From Thraustochytrium aureum (lineage: Eukaryota): a DNA stretch of 39,398 nucleotides. Under the pieces are notes generated by a model. The model was not told the DNA's origin. It made no database searches and was given only the letters and a program-made list of their open reading frames with translations. This document shows positions 1-12,000 of the stretch, piece by piece (position 1 is the first letter of the stretch; every line of letters begins with the position of its first letter). Location: NCBI GenBank assembly GCA_012862495.1, contig BLSG01000427.1, positions 72,603 to 112,000 of the forward strand, read 5' to 3'. A program made the translations under genes and the position numbers.

Positions 1-3000
1 GGAGCGCCGCGTCCGCCCAGACTTCATACGTATCGCTGGCGTCACCCGACCCGGGTCTCGGTCGCGATCTCCTCGCGGAAGGATTGAGGATCCCGAAAGC
101 ACGACCGAGACTGAGGCATTTGTAGTTGGCCAGCAGGTTGAAGCTCGCTTCAAAGGCGGCGCCAAGTGGTTCAAGGGCCAGATCTCTCGAGCTAACCCAG
201 ACGGAACGTTTGCGATCGACTATGACGATGGCGACTCCGAGCGCCGAGTTCGTGTAGAGCACATACGTGGCAGAGGGTCAAAGGAACGCGCTCGCCCTCC
301 CGTTGGCATGTCAGATCGAGCACGCTACCTCTTCGAGAAAGAAGACGAAGTAACGCTCAGTACTGTCCCAATGCTGCTGAGGCGCCTGACAGGATCTGCA
401 GTTTCCAGTTCCGAAAGGCAGCGAATTCGTGACTTCGCCCGTAAGGAACGAATCCGGGCGTCCGATGCGTTCAGCGCGAGTCAGTTCTCCGCTTTGTGTA
501 ACGAGCTTGGCGTCGGCGGCACTGGCGCTGGTGAAGGTGGTTCAGTAAGTAAGGCGTCGGCATCGCCGACAGTGGGTGATCGGGTGACTGCGAATTTTCG
601 TGCAAGTGGCAAGTTCTACCCGGGTAAGATCTCCGCAGTTAACCGCAACGGCACGTTCGACGTTGAGTTTGACGACGGAGACTTTGAATCCGGTCTGGCG
701 CCGGACGACATCAAGCTCACTGGCCTCGGAACCTCGAAAACAGCATCCAAACGGGGATCTCGCTCGCGCTCGCCACGTCGCAGTTTTGAGATGGACTCAG
801 AGTTGCAGGTTGCTGCAGGATTTGCGCGGGGGGATCGAGTCGAAGCGCGCTACAAAGGCGGCAACAAATGGTACAAGGGAAGAGTCTCGCGAGTCAACGC
901 CGACGAAACCTACGCGGTGGACTATGATGACGGTGACACTGAGCGCACCGTTCGAAGCTCACATATCCGCGCGCTTGGCAGCGCTCTCGCGAACAGGTCG
1001 GGCTCCTTCCGCGTCGGTGATCGTGTTAAAGCGCCTTTCGAAGGCTCTGCAGCACTTTTCCCAGGTACTGTGACCCGTGTTGGCAAGCACGGCGAGTGTG
1101 ACATCGAATTCGACGACGGCGACAGGGGTGCTCGGATTGAGCCTTCGTTTATTCAACCACTGGGCACTGCTCGGGGATCTCCCACTTTGCGCATGCGCTC
1201 AAGATCGCAGCCCGGTGGCCGGGGCATGGAGGATCTTCTCGCCGGCTTTGAAAGGGAGGGTACTGTGACGCCTGCGAACGTTTCAGAAGTGATTCGAAAG
1301 CTCACAGGGACGGCTCTGGACTCAGAGCAGCGAAAGCAAGCTCACTATTTCTGCAAGGAGGAGAGGCTCGGCGCAAGGGACGCGATGTCGTTCGAAACGT
1401 TCCAGCGACTGTGTGCTCGCCTCGGTGTCTCGAGCGCACAGGAGGCTGGCGACGCAGACGATGAACCAGATTCGGGTGCGAATGGGGCTCGGCAAGCGCG
1501 CAGCCGCGCATCTCGCGGACTCGAAACTTCTCGTCGCGCGCGGAAAGGAAGGTCAAGCACGCGTGAAGGGGGGCAAGAGCCAGGATTTTCGGTGGGAGAC
1601 CGCGTCGAGGGCTTGTTCGCCAACGGAACGGCTTGGTTCCCGGGGGCCGTGGCTCGTGTGCATCAAGACGGGACGGTCGACGTTGACTACGACGACGGTG
1701 ACAAGGAGCAAAGAAAGCCGGCACGGTCTGTGCGTAGTTTGGCACAGGCGCCTTCCAGGGCTTCCCGGCGGTCACGGTCGCCACGCGCTGCTCGCTCCCC
1801 ACCCCGCAGAGGCAGCAGGAGCAACATCGAGAAGGTATGGGGCAAAATGCGCCGTATCGCTCTCACTGAAGCCAGTGACGGTTTTCGGCCTCCATCGCTA
1901 AGGGAGATTGCGAAAGAGGAAGACCTCCGAATGCGTGTAAAGGCAGCCCTGGGGGCGCGACGCTTCCGGGAGCTTCGAGACGCGTTCAACAAGTACGACC
2001 GAAATGGCGACGGATTCATCAGCGAGGCCGAAGTCTCTCGCACATTTCGTGACATGGGCAAGCCTTTTGCGCGTCGAGACATTCAACGCTGGATGGATGA
2101 GCTTGATACGAACCAAGATGGCAAGGTCGACTTTGTGGAGTTTGTCAAAGCATACGCCGAACTTTCTATTTCCGACGGCGAGAGCGAGGATGACAGCAGC
2201 GAGGTTCCCACGACCGCTCCAGGTCCCGTTCCCAGCGACGCGGTAGGCGTACACGAAGGCGGCGAGGAAGCAGGCGCCGCGGAGGTTTGAGTGGCTCTGA
2301 ATCAAGTGTTTCTTCGGCGAGCGGATACAGTACAGGGTCGAGCGGAAGCGAAGCAGATGATGATGCTGCGGCCTCGGCGCCATGGCGCAAGGAAGCTTGG
2401 GCTGTGGCCCTGGGAAAGGGCACGCAAGAAAAGCTAGAGGATGCTTTCTTTGACTACTGCATCAAGACGCGCCGAGGCAGGCGCCGCGTGCTTCCTGTTA
2501 AAACTTTGCGGTTGGCGCTTGGCGCCGCAGGGAAAACCGCGTCAGTGAACCAGGTGGGCGAGTACATGCGGGTCATGGGCCTGAAAAAGGGCGATGCGCT
2601 GTCGCTCGGGGAGCTTGCGCATGCCTACTCGTACATGTTTGCAGACCCAGAGCGCGACGAGTTCGGCCGAGTCGGGTCGTACCACGACAAACTGTGGGGC
2701 AAGGGAGTGTCCGGCCGCGATCCGTCAACAACTCTCGGGCTACGTTCTACGCACGGGGACGCCGAGACCATTGCAGCGCTAGCCGCACAAGTCTACAGAA
2801 GTGGGGAGTGGACTGGCTCGCGCCGGGAGCACGAGGCGCTGTTGCGCAAGCTTGCACTCGGAAGAGCCGCAGAGCAGGTTGAGGCATTGAAGCTTTGCGT
2901 CAGAGCCTTTGAGGAACTCGACACGGAGGAAGATGGCGAGATCCCCGCTGCCTCCGTCACTGATTTGATTCGGAGCTGCGGCAGGGACCCTGAACCGCTC

Positions 3001-6000
3001 AAAGCGACGCTCGAAGACTTTTGCAAGGTGCGTGCAAAAGCTTCCCTGCCGGAGATCTTGGCTTGCTTTGGCTTTGTTTTCGAGAGCTTGGGTGCCGCGC
3101 CGACCGTGGCGAGCGCTTTCGCGATGCTTCGCCTGCACGTAGCGCCAAGAGACGCGCGGGTTGCCGCGGAGACCGTGCTGCACTACATCAACAACGTGAT
3201 TGCCCGACCTGACGATTCGAGGCTCTGGCAGGTTTCCGTCCGGGACGACGTGTTTCGAGCTAAAGTCGGACAGCACCGGGGCGGCATTGAGCTCATGCAC
3301 GCTGTCGGCTTTGAGCCAAGTCGGCGCCCGAGCCGCGAGACGCTGCGAGACCTCGTGACAGGCGCTCCAGCGGCTGGAAACCGAGCCGAATTCGTCCAAA
3401 TGCTGGCATTAAAAGGAACGCTGGACAAACACGGCCGAAGTATGGTCCAGGGTGTTCCGAACGACACAATTGCCACGCTCGCGGTTCGACGCGAGGAGGT
3501 CGAGCAAGAGCTCCGCGTCCTGGACGGCGGCGTTGTAACCGTTGGTGAAGCGGTGCGCCTCTTGCAGGCAGAGTGCACGCTCGCGGAACTTCGCAGCGCC
3601 GTGGAAACGGTCCATGCAATGGTGGCGCGCGTCTTGGGCAACCCGAAAGACAGCCGGCTGTGGCGCATCCGCGCCGCAAACTCGTCGTACCTGCGCAAAG
3701 TTGGGCAATGGAAGGGGGGCGCAGTGCTTATGGAAGCCGTTGGTTTTGAGCTCCGCCGCGACGCCAACCTCTTCGTACTGCGAGGAACCGAAGACGCTGT
3801 TTCCTCTCAGGCTACGTTCAAGTTCCCAACGCTGTCTGCCGAGACCGAACAGGTGCTGTGGCGCAGGAAGGCCGACCTTGAGGCCGCCCTTCGGGCCTTA
3901 GAAGTCTCAATCGTTACCGGGAGGCCGTCCGCCGTCTCGGACGGGCGTGGTATTGCGCCACGAGCACGACAAGGGAAGCGAGGCTCTGGCAAAGTCTCAG
4001 GAAGCGAGCAATCAGTGCCGCGCCAGGGCGCCTTGCAGCCCCATGCCCAGGCAGGCTCAAGCCGAGCTACACGCGAGCATCAGATGCACAAGTCCCTTGA
4101 GACTCTTTTGGCAGGCAAGTCAGCAACCGAGCAGCTGCAGCTGGAAATGATCCACCAGGCCTTCAACGATCTTGACAAGAATGGAGACGGCTGGATCACA
4201 GCAGCTGACCTCAAGCAAGCGTTCGGCGAGCGCGGCCGAGACTCTAGCGACCGCGCCGTCGAGACGTGGATCAAAGAGCACGACATCGACCAGGACGGGG
4301 TCGTGTCGCTTGCGGAATTCGCTGCATCGTTTGCGCATCTCATGCCGGCAGCGAGCGCAGCCCAAGCGCGTGGGGCTGAGGCAATCGTGGCGCATGGCGT
4401 TTCGGCGCAAGTCCCTTCTGTTGTCTCGAGCCTCTCGTCAAGCCTGGTGCGAGAGCGCACAAGTGCAGTAGCTCGAGCGTTTGGCTTGCTCAAACTTTTC
4501 AACCCGATCGCCCGCGTTGCGTCGGTATGTGCCGCGGTGCGGTCGCTCGTGGATAAGGGACTCTCTGCGCCAGCCTCGGCAGTTGAGTCCGCGGGTCCCA
4601 GTGCTGCTGCCCCTGCCAAGACGTTAAGTGCGCAGGATGCCGGCCGGCTTTTCGGGGGTTGCAAAGGGGCTGTCGAGCTTATGCTCGCCCTGGGATGGAA
4701 GCACGACGCAACTAGAGGCTCGTTCCAATTGGAACGTACGACGACGAAGGGGGAGAGCAAGCTTCGCGACATGGCACGCGAGCTCGGCGTGCACCAGCGT
4801 GGTTTGGATTATGCCGGGATCGCGGACGCCAGGGCTGTGGCTGGAGCCCTTCTGTGCTTAGGGGACTCACCGAGTACGAGTGAGAATCGTCCCGAGTCGT
4901 GGCTTGGCGCGCTGGAGACATTTGTGCGCTACCTGGAAAACATTGTTCGGAGCCCTCAAGCTGTGCAGTACCGGGTGATAAACATCCAGAACGACAACTT
5001 TCGTCGCCGCATTGGTCGCCTACATGGCGGAATCGAGATGTTTCTTGCCGTAGGATTTGCTGAGACGGAAGACGCCCTACTCAAGCTACCAGACCGCTGC
5101 GACATGCGCCTCATCAAAGCCCGGCTGCTGGAAATCCAGGCCGGTCTCCCAACGCTGCGCGCGCGGGCGAAGGAATCGCAAGCGCTCGTGCCTGCTCGCG
5201 CTNNNGCGCAAACCGTGCTCCAGGGCGTGTCAGGCAAACCGGCTGCTGACGCAGCCGTCCGTGGCGGAGCGAGGTCCCAGCCTTTGCAAGGCACAGAGAC
5301 AGGCGGCCAGGTCAATTTGGATGCGTCATTTGCGACTCGCAGAATTGAATCGCTCCGCATCCGCGAGCTGGAGGCGCAAGTGCACATCCTCAAGGACAAA
5401 CTCGACAAGCGCGGCGCCGCCAAGGGGCGCCAAGGCGCAAGCTCGACCGCGCTGCCACTGACGAAAGCTGCGTTGGAGACCGCGGCGCTGCTGCGGGACG
5501 ACGGCTATGTAGATGATTTGCTTCGTCTTGGGGCAACCATGCCGCGTGGCACGGTGACGAAGGGAGGGAGCGGAACTGGCGGCGCGCCGTACACACGTGG
5601 TGCAGGCTTGGGGGCAAAAGGAGGAGGTGGTGGTGTTGGGATGTCCATGTCCACCGTCGTGGCGTACCAGACGCTGCGAGGGGCTACGACGCTTCCTGTC
5701 GTGTCGCACCAAGGGTTTAGCTACGGCGGAATGGTCCTTGTGGGCAATCCGGGGCGAAATCAGGAAACACGGTTCGTTGTGGGGTTCACCGAGTCGAGCC
5801 TCGCGCTAGATTTTGGGCTTCACTACGACCACAGCGAGGGCGAGGAGGTTTTTGTCGCCAAGCCGACTCGTGCCGAGCTCGCCAAATTCCGCAAGCGGGA
5901 GGTAGTCACCTTTGTTCAGCAGGACGTGCTTTATCCTCTTGTTGCGCAAGCCGCGGCGCGCGGTCAAGAGGCCGAGGCCGCGCGCAGGGCGCAGACGCAG

Positions 6001-9000
6001 TTCCAGCAGCGACCGCTTCCAAAGCCTGTCTTCACCGCAGAGCCTATCCTCGACTTCGGGCTGGAGAGCGCCGCGTCAACATGTGTCCCTTCAGCTCCAG
6101 GGTTGACGCAACGCCAGATCCTCGCTGGGTTTTCGTCGCTGGGCCGGATACATGTCGCCGGAAGGCTGGACACAATCCTCACGCTTGAGGAAACCATGCC
6201 GATCGAGGAGCTCCGCGAGCTCTTCGAGATGATCGACGCAAACGGCAACGGCGTCGTCAGCAAGGCGGAGATAGTGGCGGCGGCACGCAGCGAGCCTCGA
6301 GTCGCTGCTCTGTTGTCCAGCGGCACGCGCTTTGACAACGCCTTGCGGGACTCTGAGCAGGTCGGCTTTGGGAAAGCGTTTCGCGCAATGACGAACGACC
6401 ACCGCGAAGAGCTCTCTTGGGCAGACTTTGTGAGCTACTTTTGCCCTTCGGCGCAAGCCGCGAATGCAGAACGATCTGCAGCGACTTGGTGGGAGCATCA
6501 GGCCAAGTGGCGCGCAATGCCTTGGGCAACGCAACTCCAAGACGGCGACCTCCGCGAGCTGCATGTCGCCTTTTCGCTTTTTGACACTGACGGCGACGGC
6601 CAAATCACAACGAAGGAGTGGGGCGCGGCTTGCCAGCTCCTCGACGGGCTTGTCTCCGCTGAGGAACGCACCTTTGCTGAGCGCAGACTGCAGAAGAAGT
6701 CGCTCAACTTTGGCGAGTTTTGCCAGATGCGTGTGGCTCTTGCCCGCAAGAGGCCCTTCCGTTTTCAGGCCCCTTCCGCCTCTCCTTTGGCGCGTGGTGC
6801 AGGTGTGCTTGACGTTGTGCGCACCGAGCTGCGACGCGTATTTTGCTCTGCACGAAGGCCTCAGGGCACTGCGGGCAGCGTTTCACGAGCTATACTGGCG
6901 CGAATGCTTTTCCAAGACGCCAGCCTGGCGTCTCTGATGCAGATCGAAATGCCGGGTCGTGCGGGCGCAACCGCAAATGTGTCGCTTGAGCAGCGTCTTC
7001 GTGCTTTTGCCGCTGATGCTACGAAAGAGGCGGTGTTCTGGCCCGATCTTGCGGCCTGCCTCGGGGCGCGTTTCGGCGACGAGCGCCAGCTGCGCCTCTT
7101 TCCGGCTCTCCAGGGCGTTGATGGTGTCGCTCGCAGGCATGTCCAGCCGGAAGGCGGTGCAGGACTCGGTCCGGCTCGCCAAGACAAGGTGTACGAGCTC
7201 GTCGCGGATCAGGTGCTGAACCGGCTTTTTGTACTCATGACGAGCGGCGAGATCCAGGTTTGGACCGCCGAGGTGGACGAGCTCCTCATGTCTGCGCCAG
7301 TGCTGGACAAATCGGGGCCAGCCCGGGCGTACCTCATGTCCGGGAGGAGCTCAAGGCTCAATGCTCTCGCACGACGCGGACTCGGGGCTTCTGTTAGTCA
7401 GCACTGCAGCGGTGGACAGACGCGTCTTGTTCCTGGACCCTGTTTCGCTTGCGCAGATGCGAAACGTGCGCCTCTCGGTTCGAGTAAACGAGCAAAGCGA
7501 GCGCGGCGCTGCCCGTAGCTCGAACAAGATTGCCCCACATGGATCGGTGACGTCGACTGCTTTCGCTGGTCGTTGGGACGTCATCGTTTGCGCTGTACAG
7601 GGGGGCGACCCGTTTGTTCAGATCTGTTGTGCACGTTACGGAACGACTTTGGCGGCGCTTCCTGGGCACGAGAGGGGCGGCGTTGCGCCAAGCCTCCTCT
7701 ACGTTGCCCAGGCGGCCTTCCTAGTCTCGGGGGGCGGCCACGGCTCCGTGCGATTCTGGGATCTTTCCGATCAACTAGCATGGCGTGTGAGCGACGCCGG
7801 CAAGCAAGGCGGCCCGCTGCAAGAGCTTTTCGAGCGAGTCCGTGACGTTTTGAAAGGCAAGGCGTGCTTGAGCGACGAATCACGCCAAGCCAAGGTCGTG
7901 GCTCGTGGAGAGAGTGGGCGCCTCACCGTTCGGTACACGGACGCAGCAGGCGGCATTGAGCACCAAGTGGATCCAGACCGTATCGGGCTGGGCGGCACCG
8001 GCCATGTGCTCTCGCTCGCGGCGGGCTCTAGTGTACGCGTCTTCGCCGTGCGCCAAGTTCGAGTCACAGTCTCGCAAGTACACAAGGCCGAATCATGCGC
8101 CGACGTCGTCGTCGACTCAACTGGCGAAGCATGGGCAAGAGTGGCCCCTCCTAGCGGTGTTGATCTTGACGCAGTGCATGAAGGCGACAAGTGGACCATC
8201 GACCAGCCGAGGGAGCACAGCTCCATTGAAGGCCTGTTCGAAGCCCTTGACGAGAACGGCGACGGTTTCGTCTCCTTGGCCGAGTTTAACCGGATGCTCC
8301 TCGACAAGCTGCGCGTACCGCTCCATCCGGGAGACGCTGAGCGCGTCTATCGTGTGTTTGATGGCAACGGCGATTCCCAGGTATCTCTGCGGGAGCTCTC
8401 GCGGGCGCTGCAGACGGGCAAAGGTCCTGGTAGCGTCACGAAGGCGCGCGTGCGACAGCTCGCTTGCCGAAAGTCGATCAAGCTGTCTGGCCACGGCGAG
8501 CGACGCGCGTGCGTCGCTGCCTTGGTCTACCTGCCTTCTGCTGGGCTCGTGTGCGCTGCTACTGCAGGAGGTTCCTTGCACTTTTTCGACCCAACAGCGA
8601 GGCCGCACCGCCTGACGCATCCCCAGTTTCTTTTGCAACACCCCGCTGTCAAGCCTGAGATCACAGAGTCCCAAGAGCCGTACCAGGAAGTACTACGTGC
8701 AGAGCTTGGGGGTGAGCTGCAACACCTTAGCGTGCAGCGGTTCGCCTTTGGCCACCACTCCCGCGATGCGAACGTGCGAGATCTGGTTGAGACCGCTCAG
8801 GCGGCGCGGACTGCGAGCCTTGCTGCTCGCGCAGAAGGAAGCCCAGGAGCGACGCAGGGGTTTGCTTATATTCTCGATGATGGTCAAGTGTTGTGCGTTC
8901 CCGTCGACGGTTTCGATACGAGGTACATTCGAGTGGACGATCGTGTGCTTTTCGGGACTGCGGGGGCGATGACAGAGGTGGGCGGCTGGGCCAGCGGTAG

Positions 9001-12000
9001 CGATGCACTTCGCCGGGTCTACCGCATTCGTGCGAACATCGCTCGGGTCGTCTACTTTGTGACCCGCCAGATGGGGAGTGTCGCGGACGTTGAAGCGCTA
9101 TTCCGCGATCGGCGGGCAGGCGAAATGGACCTTGTCTCGATGCGGCATGCACTCGAACGGCCGTTTGTTGAGGTTTTCCCTTTTTTCAGGGATGGCGACG
9201 GGCCAGAGCAGAGCCTTGGAAGTCTCGGCTCCTCCGTGCACGCTAGCGCGATGAGCTTTGCAGACCTACCTGGCACAGTTACGCGGAAGCTGCGGGATGG
9301 CTTCGTTGAGGTTGCCTATGATGCGACACAAACTCTCCTGAAGGTCCCACAGGCGTTCCTTCGGCGTCTGGATTTCGGCGAGCTCGACGAGCGAGGCGAG
9401 CCCGTTGCCCTGGTAGAGACCAGTGGCGACGTCCAGTGGCGGCAGCGCTCGGTTCGACCTGCCAGTGGGCGCCAAAGTCAGACTCCATCAGGGATATATT
9501 CCTGCAACGAGCTCGATCCCAGAGCTAAGCCACGCATCGAGTGAAGCGTCCAGGGGACTCGTGGCCAATCGGACTTGCGTTTGGCCTGGTGTGGCAGCGC
9601 GATGCTCCATGGCCGCACCTGGCGCAGGCGCCGCAGGAGCTTCTGCAGCTGCGGACGATGACGATACGAGCGAGGCCCTCGAAGTCCTCTTTGCGGTTTG
9701 CTCTGGCGATGCTGGGGAAGCCCGGATACGCGCATGGTCGGTCCAACGCACCTCTGTGCTTGTCCCTGCGCTCCAGTACGACGCCCCACTATCTCCGTCT
9801 GTACTGCGGAGCGCAGACTTTGCGCAGCGAGCCAACCTCGAGGTCGCTCTACAAGGCGTTCGAGCAGCAGCGGCTGGTTTGCTCGAGCAGCGGAGCACCA
9901 GCCGCAAGATCGAGTCGCAGCTGGTCGCAGAGCTTGGTTCGTTGCTTCGGGGTGTCTCGCTATGTGGAGCCGACCCTGGCGCTTCCGGGGGTCTCGAATC
10001 CCGGTCGCAGCTCGACCGCGCGTTTTCCATCGCTCAGCGACTCCCTTTCCGCTGGGGCTCGCGCTTCGAAGCCATGCTTGGCCGTTTTTCTGCGCTCTTT
10101 GACGCTGTGGCCATCGGGTCCCACGCTCAGATAGATGAGATCGTCCGTCAGCTCGAGACGGAGTTGGCGACCGGAGATAGCGTCTCCCGCCATGCTCTTG
10201 ACGTTGGAGTAGGCGAGACTGTTGCGCACTTCCGCCGGAGGCTGTCCGGCGTTGGGTCACGAGACGTCGTGACGCTCAACCAGCTTCTGGGCTGCGTGAC
10301 CGAGCTCCACCATGCAGCTCTCTCGCCGGAGGACATTTTCGAAGTTCTTCGCATTTCGAGGTTTATCCGCGGCCCAGACACAAGCGCTGCCCACGTTCGT
10401 GCAATATGCCAAGACCAATCGCAAGCTGTAGGATCAACCTTCGAGGTTGCTCAGGTCGGCGTGGATGCATTTGTGAGCCTCTCAAGCCGATTCGACCCGT
10501 TCTGGGCAGTTCGTGATGGGCTTTCCCAGCTCGCGCGGGCGTCGACCGGCCGCGAGCACGACCGAGACCGTGACGTAACCAGCGCTTCTATATACGCCCC
10601 CGGGGCTGTGCGGCCTCGAACGTCTTGCCCAACTGGCCGCCTCTGAAGAGTGCGGCGCAAAGTCGCGGCAATGTAAAGTCGAACTTGACGGTGTGGTGGC
10701 AGCTTTGCGGGCGAGCGCTCTTGCTTTGGTCACTGAAAGTGTAGATGCGGTCCTCTGGAAGCAGCGCGGTCGGGGCCGCAGCCAGGCGGGTTTTGGCGCC
10801 GAGCAGGCCGTGGCGAGTGAGGAGGATCCCCTGTCAATGGCGCTCACAGAAGATGACGTACTCTCAAGCTTGCGGGCCCAGGACCCAAGCTTGGAATGGC
10901 TACGCGATGCGGCTCGACCGCTCAAATATCGTGTGCATGGTTTTGCCCAGCTGGGTGCCCAGAGCAGCCCAGGTCGTCTTGTATTCCAAGGCAAGGGTTG
11001 GCACAGCGCGGATGCTCAAGGGCGTTCGATCCCGCTCACGATCCACTTGATCGAGCAAAGCAAGCTCGGCAGAGTGCAAGTTTCAGATGGAGAACCTTAC
11101 GAAGCGCACATTGAGCGCGAGCTGGCTATGTACAGGATCATTGAAGATGACCCCCTCCTCGGGCCGAGGCTGCTGGAGAATGTGCAGCGCGTCGAGAGCA
11201 CCGCCCTGGAAGACTTGGCGGCGGGAAGACATTCTCGTGCAGAGCGAGACGTAGTCGCCGTTGTTTTCGCTGGGCTCGAGGGTTGGCGGCCGCTTCGGGA
11301 CGTGTTCCTCGCGCACGGATTTCTTGGTGCCCCACACCGTATTCCCTTGTTGCGGCTCTGGGGCCTCCAGCTTCTCCACCAGCTTCGCCGCCTGCATGGC
11401 AAAGGCATTTTGCTTCGTGGGCCACGGCCAAGCCAGATCGTCGTCTCGCCATGTGGCCGCTTTGTTCGTATCGCGGGACTCTGGACTGCGGGGCTACTGG
11501 GCCTTGAGGGCGTCTCGGAGGGTAGGCTTGTCGTGGGCCCAGATCTGAGCGAGGTGACCAACGCTCACGAGCAAGGCTATCTAGCGCCTGAGGATGCGGG
11601 AGGTGCCTTGCGGGAGTTCGATACGTGGTGTTTCGGCGCTCTACTCTTGGAGGCAGTGACGGGGCAACCGCCCAAAGTAGTTGAGAGTNNNNNNNNNNNN
11701 NNNNNNNNNNNNNNNNNNNNNNNNNNNNNNNNNNNNNNNNNNNNNNNNNNNNNNNNNNNNNNNNNNNNNNNNNNNNNNNNNNNNNNNNNNNNNNNNNNNN
11801 NNNNNNNNNNNNNNNNNNNNNNNNNNNNNNNNNNNNNNNNNNNNNNNNNNNNNNNNNNNNNNNNNNNNNNNNNNNNNNNNNNNNNNNNNNNNNNNNNNNN
11901 NNNNNNNNNNNNNNNNNNNNNNNNNNNNNNNNNNNNNNNGTCTTGAGCGTGCGGTCGGCGGCTCAGCCGCTTGTATGCGTGGGGCCGCGCAGCGAGCTTC

